From the NCBI GenBank assembly GCA_016704525.1, contig JADIZX010000009.1, forward strand, positions 42,625-106,624: a stretch of 64,000 nt of DNA. The letters run 5' to 3'. Numbering within the stretch: position 1 is the first letter of the stretch; every line of letters starts with the position of its first letter. The translations under genes and the position numbers were made by a program. This document shows, piece after piece, positions 8,383 through 17,953 of this stretch. The DNA comes from Myxococcales bacterium (GTDB lineage: Bacteria; Myxococcota_A; Polyangia; Polyangiales; Polyangiaceae). The notes beneath the pieces were generated by a model. The model searched no databases. It was not told the origin of the DNA and was given only the letters and a program-made list of their open reading frames with translations.

Positions 8383-11300
8383 TTCTTCTCCGACGGCGGC
8401 AACGAGCGGGCGCCAAGCATGGCGGTGAGCTCGCTCGGAAGCAGCGCGCTCTGCAAGGTCTGGCGGAAGGGAGCCCCTCGCGTTGGGTCGATCCGCGCGA
8501 CGACCAGCGGCGAGGGCGTGGTGTCGAAGAGCGCGGCCACCATCGAGCGCTGCGAGTAGAGCTTCCGCAGGCGCATGTTCCGGATGGTCTCCATCACGCC
8601 GGTCGCGTAGTCGACGGCGCGCTGTCGCGTGGCGGCCGCCTGGGGGGAGCCCGCGCGCTTCAGCGCGTCGGCGCACAAGGTGCGCACGTCGAGCCCGTAC
8701 TCGCTGCCTTGGAGCGCCTCGACCGCGCCGAGGGCGGTGGTCGCGAGCAGGGTGGCCGAGTGCACCTCGCCCGCGTCGACGCGGGCCGAGGCCTCGATCG
8801 CGAACGCGTAGAAATGATAGGCCACGAGCGCCTGCTTCTCGGCCATCCGCCGGGCCTCGATCGCGAGCTCGATGGCCTTCTGAGGCTCGCGGCGCGCCTG
8901 CGCGATCGCCGCGCCCACGACCAGCCCGTGCGCCCGATCGTAGGCGCTCTCGCTCCTGGTCAGGGCCTCGAGCGCCTCGGCGTGCCAAGCCACCGCCTCT
9001 TCGAGAGCGCCGTTGTCGAGAGCGACCTCGGCGCTCACGAGCAGCGTGTCGGTGCGACCGTCTTTGTCGGCGTAGCGCTCGTGGGCATCGCGCGCGCGCT
9101 GGAGGTAGGCCGCCGCGCGTGGCACGTCGCCGAGGCGCGAGTAGGCGTGCCCGATGTTGGCGAGCGTCTTGGCGAGCTGGAACCGGCCGCCCACGGAGAG
9201 GTCGATTTGGATCGACTCGAACGCGAGCGCGATGGCGTCTTCGTAGCGACCTTGCACGAACATGGCGTAGGCGAGCGCGTTCTTGGCCCGCGCCTCTTGG
9301 CGATGCGCGCCGCTCTTGCGGTAGATCGCGATCGCCTGCACGTAGTCGTCCACGGCCTCGCGCACTCGCCCCACACGACGGAGCAGCACCCCGCGAGAGC
9401 GCAGCGCGTCGGCGCGCAGCCGCGGCGGCACGTTGGCGTTCACGTCGGGGTTCGCGGCGGCGAGCGCGCGGTCGGCCGCCGCGAGCGCCGCCTGCACGTC
9501 GCCGAGCTCGCGCGACAGCTCGCTCGTGAGCGACTCGGCCTCGATCTCCAGCTGAAGGAAGCCGGAGCCGCGGGCGATTTGGGCGGCCTTCCGGGCGATC
9601 GGCAGGCCGTGGGGCAGCCGCCCTTCGTCGAGATCGAAGCGGGCCGTACGGAGGAACGCGAGGCACACGCTTCGAGGCGTACCGACGTGGCGCGCGCACG
9701 CGCGCATGCCCTCGAGCTGCGCGACGCGATCGCGCTTGCGGCCGAGCATCCGGTAGATGCCCTCGAGCGCCTCGTGCGCGACGAGCCTTCGCGGGTCGTC
9801 GATGGTGAGCTGGAGGAGGGCGCGCTTGTAATAACGGACGGCGAGCGGCGTCTGGTAGGTCGTGCGCGCCGCGGTGGCCGCCTCGATGTAGTAGTGCGCC
9901 GCGCGCTCGCCGTCGTCGCCGCGGGCAAAATGGCTGGCCACGATCGCCGCGGAGACACCCCTCGCGAGCGGGGTGCCGGTGAGGTGCTCGCCGAGCGCCT
10001 TGTGCATTCGGGCTCGCGCGGTGGCAGAGAGCGCTCCGTAGGCGACGTCGCGCGTGAGCGGGTGGCGGAAGTCGAGGTCGCTCCCGCGCCGATCGCAGAG
10101 CCCCCGCTCGCAGAGGCGGGCGGCGGGCTCGGTGGCCACGCTCGGGACGGAGCTCCCCTCAGCGAGCAACCGCTCCAGGTCGGGGACGGCGAGCGGACCG
10201 CCCGCGATCGCGAGCCAGTCCACGATGCGCCGCTCACGAGGCGGGAGCTCCTCGATGCGGTCGGCGAGGAGCTGCTCGAGCGTCTGGGGGAGGAAGAACT
10301 CGCGCTCGCCCTCCTCGGCGCGGACCAGGGCATCCTCCCGGATCTCGAGGACGCCCCGCTCGAGGAGCGCGTCGACGAGCTCGAGCAAGAAGAACGGATT
10401 GCCCCCCACGCGCGGGAGCAGCTCGGCGCACACCTCGCGGACCCCCTCCTTCACGCCGATGCGTGTCTCGACGAGCCGCACCTGCTGGTCGCCCGAGAGG
10501 CCGTGCAGCTCGATGCGCACCTTGCCCTCGAGGAGGGGGGCGAGACGCTCGTCGGGTCGGGTCACGAGGACCACCAAAATAGGCAGTGGATCCGTGGATT
10601 TCAGCAGATCCGCGAGGACGTCGAGGCTCGGCTTGTCGGCCCACTGCAGGCCCTCGGCGACGAGCACGACGGGGCCATCGGCGGCGAACGCGCCGAGGAG
10701 GTTGCGCACGCTCGTGACGAGCAGGCGCTTCTGGTAAGCCGCGTCGTCGTTGTCGCCCTGTCCAGACGGGCGGTTCGTCACGAGCTCGGCGAGCCGCGCG
10801 ACCATGGGGTTGTCCCCCTTCGCGCCGGGTCCGCCCGCGGGCCCGAGCACCTCGACGACCTCCGCGTAGCTCTCCTCGCCCGTGAGCGCGGCGGCCGATC
10901 GGACGAGCTCGGCGATCGTCGCGAACGGCACCTCCATCCGCACCGGCGAGCACTCGGCGCGCACGATCCGCGCGTTCGGCGGCAGCTCGGCGAGGAAGCT
11001 GTGGACGAGCGCGGTCTTGCCGATACCGAGCTCACCGACGACGGCGCGCGCGCTCATCTTGTCGTGGCTCGTGGCGTTCATCGCCGCGTGGTACGCCGCG
11101 ACCAGCTCGGCCTTCTCCGCGTCCCGCCCGACCAAATCGTGCGGCGACGCCCCGAGCTCCGACTCGCGCTCCTCGCGCGAGAGGCTGCGCTCGAGCGTGT
11201 AGATGCGCATCGTCGGCGGGAGGTTTGGGACGTCGGTGTCGCTCGGGAAGTCGAGGCTCGGCGCGTCGCCCCAGCGAAACTCCCGGCGCACGAGGCGGTA

Positions 11301-12848
11301 GAGCCCGCCCGCGACCCACGTGGTGTTCGGCGGGGTCTTCCGGCTGAGCGTGTCGGCCAGGTAGGTGACCGGATCGTGCAACGTGTACCGGACGAGGTTC
11401 CCGCTCGCGTCGCGGATGCCCGAGGCGATCCCGCGGACCAGCGTCATCGTGGCCGACACGGGCGCGGGGAGATCGTCCGCCAGCGCGGCGAGGGCCTCGT
11501 GGGTCTCCAAGGCCAGCCACGCGGAGTCGGAGGGGGCGCGCGCGTGCCGCGCGGTGAGGCCTACGACGGCGCGGGCCTGGAAGTCGGAGGTCCACTGCCA
11601 CCGCGCACCGCGCTTGTAGGCCATATCGTCGAGCATCGGGCGGAGCCGCAGGATCGCCCGCGCGAGGCGCGCGCGTTCGCCTTCGGTGAGCACCTGCTGC
11701 GGGGCGAGCTCGAGCGTCACGAGCGCGATGTGCCGCACCTCGCGGTGCTCGCCGCCGCGCTTGTTGGGCCTCGACGACGCGGGCGCGCGATCGCTCGCGA
11801 TCGCCACCGGCGCCGCGGGGTTCGTGAGCTCGGGCCCAGGCGCGGGGGACCCGCCGCGATCGCCGCGACGATCGCTCGGCCGCGGGAGGAACGCGTGGAT
11901 CGTCGCCTCGAGGGCCGCGCCGTCCACCAGCTCTTGGCGCGACAGGAGCGCTCGACCGATGGCCGCCACGAGCTCCCTCCCCGTCGCGTAGCGGCCCTCG
12001 GGCCGCGGCGCGAGGAGCTTCATCACGATCTGCTCGAGCTCGGCGGGCAGATCCATCGCGAACGTGCTCGGCGGCTCGACGCGGCCCGTGCGGACCACCT
12101 CGAGGAGCGCCGTCCCGGTGGCGCTGCCATGGAGCGGCCGGCCGGAGAGGCACTCCCAGAGGATGACGCCGAGCGAGTAGAGATCGCTGCGGCGGTCGAC
12201 CCGCTCCCCGCGGGCCTGCTCGGGCGACATGTACCCGTACTTGCCCTTGATGACCCCCTGCTCGTCCTGCAGGAAGCGCGCGCTCGCGATGCCAAAATCC
12301 GCAATCTTTACGCTGCCGTCGTAGGAGAGCAGCACGTTCTGGGGCGACACGTCGCGGTGAACGATCTCGAGCGACGCGCCGCCGTCGTCTTTCTTCTCGT
12401 GCGCGTAGTGGAGGCCCTTGGCCACCTCGGCGATGACGTAGGCGCTCACCCAGGGCGGCAGGCGCACGCCGGCCGCGCGGGCGGCCGCGACGATCATGCC
12501 GAAGTCCGGGCCCTCGACGTACTCCATCGCGAGGATGTGCCCCTCGGCCCCCTCGTTCGAGAAGTCGTAGACCTGCACCACGTTCGGGTGGTTCAGGCGG
12601 GTGGCGAGCTGCGCCTCGTCGATGAACATCGTGCGAAAGCGCCGCGACGCCCCGAACGAGGGCAGGATGCGCTTGACGACGACGATCTTCGAGGTGCCCT
12701 CGGCGCCGCTCTTGCGCGCCAGGAACACCTCGGCCATGCCGCCCGCGCCGAGGCGCCGAAGCACGTCGTACTGCGCCAACTTTTCGGGGAAAGATTCAGT
12801 CACGGCGTGCGCGGTGTCGATGGACGGGCTTGGCCCCGTAGCCCCCAC
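8379..12848 (-). CDS. Multidomain Ser/Thr kinase, cyclase-homology-like region, STAND/AAA+ NTPase and TPR protein
   Basis: N-terminal Hanks kinase (GAGGMAEVF, VVVK, HRDVSPQNVLL, DFG, GYMSPE). Middle region resembles a class III cyclase homology domain (possibly degenerate). P-loop GELGIGKTAL with NB-ARC/MalT-like spacing. Long C-terminal TPR-like helical repeats. 1489 aa. The first 200 bp of the initially parsed ORF was discounted because it overlaps the patatin start. Confidence 0.85.
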   Translation of the reverse strand: MGATGPSPSIDTAHAVTESFPEKLAQYDVLRRLGAGGMAEVFLARKSGAEGTSKIVVVKRILPSFGASRRFRTMFIDEAQLATRLNHPNVVQVYDFSNEGAEGHILAMEYVEGPDFGMIVAAARAAGVRLPPWVSAYVIAEVAKGLHYAHEKKDDGGASLEIVHRDVSPQNVLLSYDGSVKIADFGIASARFLQDEQGVIKGKYGYMSPEQARGERVDRRSDLYSLGVILWECLSGRPLHGSATGTALLEVVRTGRVEPPSTFAMDLPAELEQIVMKLLAPRPEGRYATGRELVAAIGRALLSRQELVDGAALEATIHAFLPRPSDRRGDRGGSPAPGPELTNPAAPVAIASDRAPASSRPNKRGGEHREVRHIALVTLELAPQQVLTEGERARLARAILRLRPMLDDMAYKRGARWQWTSDFQARAVVGLTARHARAPSDSAWLALETHEALAALADDLPAPVSATMTLVRGIASGIRDASGNLVRYTLHDPVTYLADTLSRKTPPNTTWVAGGLYRLVRREFRWGDAPSLDFPSDTDVPNLPPTMRIYTLERSLSREERESELGASPHDLVGRDAEKAELVAAYHAAMNATSHDKMSARAVVGELGIGKTALVHSFLAELPPNARIVRAECSPVRMEVPFATIAELVRSAAALTGEESYAEVVEVLGPAGGPGAKGDNPMVARLAELVTNRPSGQGDNDDAAYQKRLLVTSVRNLLGAFAADGPVVLVAEGLQWADKPSLDVLADLLKSTDPLPILVVLVTRPDERLAPLLEGKVRIELHGLSGDQQVRLVETRIGVKEGVREVCAELLPRVGGNPFFLLELVDALLERGVLEIREDALVRAEEGEREFFLPQTLEQLLADRIEELPPRERRIVDWLAIAGGPLAVPDLERLLAEGSSVPSVATEPAARLCERGLCDRRGSDLDFRHPLTRDVAYGALSATARARMHKALGEHLTGTPLARGVSAAIVASHFARGDDGERAAHYYIEAATAARTTYQTPLAVRYYKRALLQLTIDDPRRLVAHEALEGIYRMLGRKRDRVAQLEGMRACARHVGTPRSVCLAFLRTARFDLDEGRLPHGLPIARKAAQIARGSGFLQLEIEAESLTSELSRELGDVQAALAAADRALAAANPDVNANVPPRLRADALRSRGVLLRRVGRVREAVDDYVQAIAIYRKSGAHRQEARAKNALAYAMFVQGRYEDAIALAFESIQIDLSVGGRFQLAKTLANIGHAYSRLGDVPRAAAYLQRARDAHERYADKDGRTDTLLVSAEVALDNGALEEAVAWHAEALEALTRSESAYDRAHGLVVGAAIAQARREPQKAIELAIEARRMAEKQALVAYHFYAFAIEASARVDAGEVHSATLLATTALGAVEALQGSEYGLDVRTLCADALKRAGSPQAAATRQRAVDYATGVMETIRNMRLRKLYSQRSMVAALFDTTPSPLVVARIDPTRGAPFRQTLQSALLPSELTAMLGARSLPPSEKK

Positions 12849-13019
12849 CCCGGGAAAGTGCTGTCACCAGCGCCGCCCAGTGTACCCGCGTTCACGAGGG
12901 CGGCGCTCAGGAAAACCACGCGCGGAGGGGCGACGCGAGGGCGACGCAGGGGCGAGCCACGCGGCGATCGCCGCCCGCGACGGTTTCACGCTCGCCTCGG
13001 CTGGTGATGCAGGATATTT

Positions 13020-14747
13020 TTGAGCCTGATGGAAGCCTTGCCCCCGCCGACGGCTGCCGGTCTGCTCGCAAAGACGCCGCTGGCGCACCTTTTCACCTAC
13101 GTGATGGAGCGACGCCTCTCGGGCTCGCTCGTCCTCCGCCGCCCCGACGGCTGGGGCGGGGCCATCGTCTTCTTCGAGGGCCTGCCCCGAAAGGCCGACG
13201 CGCCGCCAGAGATCGCCCCGTCCGATCCCGGGGCGCTGGCAGCGCTCGAGGCGCAGGTGCAGTGCCTCTTCACCTTCCCGCCGGCCACGCAGTTCGCGTT
13301 CTACGAGGGGCGCGACACGCTGCAAGAGCGCGGGCCTGGCTTCGTCGAGGCCGATCCCCTGCGGCTCTTGTGGGCCGGGGTCCGCATGAACCCCTCGTGG
13401 GATCACGCGAACGCGGCGCTCGCGCGCCTGCAGACCGTGGCGATCCGCCTGAAGGCGTCCGCGGCCCCCGAGCGGTGCGGTTTCGACGCGAGCGAGCTGC
13501 AGATCGTGGAGCTGCTGCGGCATCGCCCGCTGTTCCTCGGCGACCTCACCGCGGCGCGCCTGGTCCCGCCGGCCCTGGCTCACTTGTTCGTCTATTTCAT
13601 GCTGATCACGAAGCAGCTCGACCTGCTCGAGGCGCCGCCGGGGATGAAAGCACCTCCGATCGTGCCGCTGGGGCCGCAGGCGCACCCGCAGCAGCCGCCG
13701 CAGCCCTCGTTTCACCCGCACGCCGCGCATGCCCCACACGCGCATGCCCAGCACGCCGCCCCGCCTCCCGGCATGAGCCCGATGCCCCAGGCCTACGCGG
13801 TCCCCGGCGCGCCGCCCGCGACGCGTCAGCACCCGCCTTCGGACGCGCCGTTCAACCCGTTCTCCGACCTCTCGCTTGGCCCGCCCCCGCCCGTCCCGGC
13901 GACCCCGTTCGCGCCCACCTCGAGCCCGAAGCTCCCGCCGAACGGCGCGGCCGGCGTGGCGGCGGCCCCCGACGCGCCACGCAAGCCGACGCTGAGCGAC
14001 GCTGACAGCGCCCTGTGGGACAAGGTCGTCGCCAAGGCGGCCTCGATCGACGAAGAGGACCACTACCAGGCGCTCGGGATCGCGCCGGCGACCCTGAAGG
14101 AAGACATCCAGAAGGCCTTCTTCGCCCTCGCCAAGACGTGGCACCCGGACAAGCTGCCGTCGACGCTCGGCGAGCTCCGCGACGCGTGCAGCAAGGTGTT
14201 CGCGCGCATCACCGAGGCGCACGCGGTCCTGACCGACGTGGCCCGGCGCGAGGAGTACGACAAGAACCTGCGCGACGGCACGGGCGGCGCGGCCGAGCAG
14301 GCGGAGGTCCAGCGCGCCCTCGAGGCGGCCAACAATTTCCAGAAGGCCCTCGTCTACTTGAAGCGCAACGACACCGCGACGTGCGAAGAGCTCGCGCGGA
14401 AGGCGCTCGAGGCCGACTCGACGCAGGCCGACTACCTCGCGCTCGTCACCTGGCTCGACGCCCAGAAGCCCCACAACCTGAACTTCGAGCGCACCCGCGA
14501 GCTCATTCTCAAGCTCGACAACGCGATCGCCATGAACGGCAGCTGCGAGCGCGCCCACTTCTATCGAGGCATGCTCCACAAGCGCACGGAGAACCCGAAG
14601 CAGGCCCTGAAGGACTTCAAGCGCGCGGTGGAGCTGAACCCCCACAACCTCGACGCCGCCCGCGAAATTCGCCTCCACGGCATGAGGCAGCCGTCCAAGG
14701 GAGAAGAGGGCGTCGGGGGGCTCCTGGGCCGCTTCTTCAAGAAGTAG
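13020..14747 (+). CDS. DUF4388-like N-terminal domain, Pro/His-rich linker, J-domain (DnaJ) and TPR protein
   Basis: J-domain with HPD motif (HYQALGIAPATLKEDIQKAFFALAKTWHPDKLP). C-terminal TPR-like repeats. N-terminal domain typical of myxobacterial DUF4388 proteins. Confidence 0.75.
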   Translation: MSLMEALPPPTAAGLLAKTPLAHLFTYVMERRLSGSLVLRRPDGWGGAIVFFEGLPRKADAPPEIAPSDPGALAALEAQVQCLFTFPPATQFAFYEGRDTLQERGPGFVEADPLRLLWAGVRMNPSWDHANAALARLQTVAIRLKASAAPERCGFDASELQIVELLRHRPLFLGDLTAARLVPPALAHLFVYFMLITKQLDLLEAPPGMKAPPIVPLGPQAHPQQPPQPSFHPHAAHAPHAHAQHAAPPPGMSPMPQAYAVPGAPPATRQHPPSDAPFNPFSDLSLGPPPPVPATPFAPTSSPKLPPNGAAGVAAAPDAPRKPTLSDADSALWDKVVAKAASIDEEDHYQALGIAPATLKEDIQKAFFALAKTWHPDKLPSTLGELRDACSKVFARITEAHAVLTDVARREEYDKNLRDGTGGAAEQAEVQRALEAANNFQKALVYLKRNDTATCEELARKALEADSTQADYLALVTWLDAQKPHNLNFERTRELILKLDNAIAMNGSCERAHFYRGMLHKRTENPKQALKDFKRAVELNPHNLDAAREIRLHGMRQPSKGEEGVGGLLGRFFKK

Positions 14748-14762
14748 CCCGCGCCCCGCCCC

Positions 14763-15764
14763 ATGTCCTCCACCACTCCGACCCCGGCGCCCACGCACTC
14801 GTCCGCGAGCGCCGCGGGGCGCGCGGGCGTCGTCCTCGGCACCATGAATTTCGGGGCGCGGACGCCCGCCCGCGACGCTGAGCGCCTCGTCGCGCTCGCG
14901 CTCGAGCGGGGCGTCACGCGCGTCGACACCGCGAACCTGTACGCGGGCGGCGAGGCCGAGCGAATCCTAGGGCGCACGCTCGCGAGCGTCGCCGGGGCTC
15001 GCGACCGCGTGCACCTCGCGAGCAAGGTCGGCGCGCAGCCCACCGGCGGCGCGGGCCGCGGGGCCGAGGGCCTCTCCCACGCGCGGGTGCTCGCGGCGGT
15101 CGACGAGAGCCTCACGAGGCTCCGCACCGAACGAATAGACCTGCTCTATCTCCACGTACCCGACCCCGCGGTGCCCATCGCCGAGACGCTCTCGGCCATC
15201 GCGCACCTGCTCGAGCGCGGGAAGATCCTCGCGTGGGGCGCCTCGAACTACGCGGCGTGGCAGCTCGTGGAGCTCTTCGCAGCAGCGGAGGCCGCCGGGA
15301 TCCCGCCGCCCGCGCGCGCGCAGCAGCTCTACAACGCGCTCGTGCGGCAGCTCGACGTCGAGTACCTCCCGTTCGCCGCCCGGTACGGGCTCGCCACCGA
15401 GGTCTACAACCCGCTGGCGGGCGGGCTCCTCACCGATCGGCACGCCGACGTCACCGCCGATCGGCGCGGATCGCGCTTCTGGAAGAACAGCCGCTACGAG
15501 CGCCGCTACTGGAGCGCTCCTCTGTTCGCGCGGCGCGCCGAGCTCGCCGCGCTGGCCGAGTCGCTCGGGGTCTCGCTGGTCACGCTCGCGTACCGCTTCC
15601 TGCTCGCGCGGGGCGTGGCCGGGGTCGTGGTGGGCCCGGCCACGGCCGCTCACCTCGACGCGGCGCTCGACGCGCTCACCGCGCCGCTCGACCCCCCGGC
15701 GATGGCGGCCATCGACAAGCTGCATACCGCATGGATCGGGACCGATGCCTGCTACGCCCGGTGA
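14763..15764 (+). CDS. Aldo/keto reductase family oxidoreductase
   Basis: AKR signatures (VDTANLYAGGEAE, LHVPDP, WGASNY). About 330 aa. Confidence 0.85.
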   Translation: MSSTTPTPAPTHSSASAAGRAGVVLGTMNFGARTPARDAERLVALALERGVTRVDTANLYAGGEAERILGRTLASVAGARDRVHLASKVGAQPTGGAGRGAEGLSHARVLAAVDESLTRLRTERIDLLYLHVPDPAVPIAETLSAIAHLLERGKILAWGASNYAAWQLVELFAAAEAAGIPPPARAQQLYNALVRQLDVEYLPFAARYGLATEVYNPLAGGLLTDRHADVTADRRGSRFWKNSRYERRYWSAPLFARRAELAALAESLGVSLVTLAYRFLLARGVAGVVVGPATAAHLDAALDALTAPLDPPAMAAIDKLHTAWIGTDACYAR

Positions 15765-16554
15765 TCCGTCGACCCTCCCGTACGACCTCGACGGCGCGCT
15801 CGCGCACTACCGGGCCCACGGCTACGCGCGGCTCGGGCGCCTGCTGGAGGAGCCCACGCTCGCGGCGCTCCGCGCGCGCATCGACGCGCTGATGCTCGGC
15901 GAGATCACCTACCCGGGCGTCTTCTTCCAGCGCGACACCGAGACCGGCGAGTACGACGACCTCGCCTACGGGCGCGGGTACGAGGGGCCGTCGCTCAACT
16001 ACCGCAAGGTCGAGAAGCTCGAGAAAGATCCGCTCTTTCTTGCGTGGATCGCGCACCCGTGGCTCGAGCCGCTCGCGCGCGCGGTGTACGGCGGCGACGT
16101 CACGCTCTACCGCGCGCTCGTGTTCAACAAGGCGGCGGCGACCGGGGGCTCGCGCCTGCCTTGGCACCAAGACGGCGGCGCGTTCTGGGGCCTCGACCGC
16201 GAGCCGGGGCTCCAGGTGTGGACGGCCCTGGACGACGCGCCGGAAGACGGCGGCTGCCTCGAGGTCGTGCCGGGGAGCCACGCCGCGGGCCTCGTGACGC
16301 CTCTCGGAGGCGTGGTGCCGGCGGAGGCCATCGCACGCGAGCGCCCCGAGGCGCGTTCGCTCCTCTTGCCCGCGGCGGCGGGCGAGGTGCTGCTCGTGCA
16401 CAACCACCTCTGGCACCGCTCGGCGCGGAGCACCACGGGCAAGCCGCGCCGCGCCCTCACGGTCTGCTACCTCGACGCCCGCACCACGTGCCGCCGCAAG
16501 AAGCGCGCGCCGCGCGAGTTCTTCAAGGTGTTCCCGCGCGACCCGCGCGAGTAG
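15745..16554 (+). CDS. Phytanoyl-CoA dioxygenase (PhyH) family Fe(II)/2-oxoglutarate oxygenase
   Basis: HxD...H facial-triad context (WHQDG ... HNHLWHRS). PhyH-like length. Overlaps the AKR gene end by 20 bp, so probably an operon. Confidence 0.8.
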   Translation: MPATPGDPSTLPYDLDGALAHYRAHGYARLGRLLEEPTLAALRARIDALMLGEITYPGVFFQRDTETGEYDDLAYGRGYEGPSLNYRKVEKLEKDPLFLAWIAHPWLEPLARAVYGGDVTLYRALVFNKAAATGGSRLPWHQDGGAFWGLDREPGLQVWTALDDAPEDGGCLEVVPGSHAAGLVTPLGGVVPAEAIARERPEARSLLLPAAAGEVLLVHNHLWHRSARSTTGKPRRALTVCYLDARTTCRRKKRAPREFFKVFPRDPRE

Positions 16555-16612
16555 TTTCGCGTCCCGCACGATTCCCCCTTTACGTCCGGGCGGCGCGGCG
16601 CGATACCCGCGG

Positions 16613-17138
16613 CATGAGCGAGCGCCTCGTCCCGATGATCACCGCCGATGAAATCCGAGCCCGCACCGCGGAGCTCGGCAAGCAGCTCACCGAAGACTAC
16701 AAGGACAAGGCTCTCGTGCTCGTGTCGGTGCTGAAGGGGAGCTTCATCTTCGCGGCCGACCTGATGCGCGCCATCGACCTGCCGTGCCGCATCGACTTCC
16801 TGGGCGTGCGCTCCTACGGCGCGGGCACCGAGACCAGCGGCGTCGTGCAGATCACGAGCGACCTCACGCGCCCCATCGACGGCCAGGACGTGCTCATCGT
16901 CGAGGACATCGTCGACACCGGGCTCACCATCGCGCACCTCATGGATCTCTTCCGAACGCGCAACCCGCGCAGCGTGAAGGTGTGCGCCCTCCTCCATAAG
17001 CCAGCGCGCGCGCGGGTCTCGGTGCCCGTCGACTACCTGGGCTTCACGATCGAAGACAAGTTCGTGGTCGGCTACGGCCTCGATTTCGACGAGAAATACC
17101 GCAACTTGCCCTACGTCGGCGTGATCGAGCGCGACTGA
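16613..17138 (+). CDS. hpt: Hypoxanthine-guanine phosphoribosyltransferase
   Basis: PRPP-binding motif [13 protein letters not shown] and the conserved YVVGYGLDF(D)[12 protein letters not shown]-terminus. 175 aa. The ATG at 16613 is in frame with the track ORF 16044..17138, whose first ~190 codons are an Arg-rich artefact extension. Confidence 0.85.
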
Positions 17139-17168
17139 GACGGCGAGGGTCCACGCCCTCGCGCTCCG

Positions 17169-17948
17169 CTACTGCGCGGCCCAGCCGCCGTCCATGTTCC
17201 AGGCCACGCCGCGCACCTGGCTCGCGGCGTCGCTGCACAAAAACCCGACCAGCTGCGCCAGCTGCGACGTAGTCACGAAGTCGCCCGACGGCTGCTTCTC
17301 GCAGAGCAGGGCGCGCTTCGCGGTCTCCTTGTCGGTGTCGTCCTTCGCCGCGCGCGCGTCGACCTGCGCCTCGACGAGCGGCGTGAGCACCCAGCCGGGG
17401 CACACCGCGTTGCACGTCACGCCGGTGCGCGCGGTCTCGAGCGCCGTCACCTTCGTGAGCCCCACGAGGCCGTGCTTGGCGGCCACGTACGCGGCCTTCT
17501 GCGGCGAGGCCACGAGGCCGTGCACCGACGCGACGTTGACGATTCGCCCCCAGTCGTTCCGCTTCATGTGGGGCAGCGCGAGCCGCGTCGTGTGGAACGC
17601 GGAGGTGAGGTTCACCGCGAGGACCGAGTCCCAGCAGTCGACCGGGAAGTCCTCCACGCTCGCCACGTGCTGGATGCCGGCGTTGTTCACGAGCACGTCG
17701 ATGCCGCCGAACTCGACCTCGGCGTACCGCGCGAGGTCCTCGATGTCGGACGCGCGGCTCATGTCGGCGCCGTGATACCCCACGCGCGCGCCGGGCCGCG
17801 CCGCGGCCTCCACCTCGCGCCGCGGCCGGCTCTCTTCGCCGAAGCCGTTCAGCACCACGTGCGCGCCGTGCGCCGCCAGCACCCTCGCGATGCCAAGGCC
17901 AATGCCGCTGGTCGAGCCCGTGACGACCGCTGTCTTCCCGGATAGCAT
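17169..17948 (-). CDS. bdhA: 3-hydroxybutyrate dehydrogenase (SDR family)
   Basis: TGSTSGIG Rossmann motif, NNAG, and YxxxK (YVAAKHG). Strong similarity to BdhA-type SDRs. 259 aa. Confidence 0.8.
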   Translation of the reverse strand: MLSGKTAVVTGSTSGIGLGIARVLAAHGAHVVLNGFGEESRPRREVEAAARPGARVGYHGADMSRASDIEDLARYAEVEFGGIDVLVNNAGIQHVASVEDFPVDCWDSVLAVNLTSAFHTTRLALPHMKRNDWGRIVNVASVHGLVASPQKAAYVAAKHGLVGLTKVTALETARTGVTCNAVCPGWVLTPLVEAQVDARAAKDDTDKETAKRALLCEKQPSGDFVTTSQLAQLVGFLCSDAASQVRGVAWNMDGGWAAQ

Positions 17949-17953
17949 GCAGC

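Noticed and set aside
16044-17138. 364-aa ORF covering the hpt locus
   Set aside because: Only the last 175 codons match hypoxanthine phosphoribosyltransferase; the N-terminal 190 codons are Arg-rich junk that overlaps the PhyH-family gene. The ATG at 16613 was used as the start instead.
17138-17169. Terminator hairpin CGAGGG-TCCACG-CCCTCG between hpt and bdhA
   Set aside because: The stem is only 6 bp and there is no U-run on either strand, so the evidence is too weak to call.
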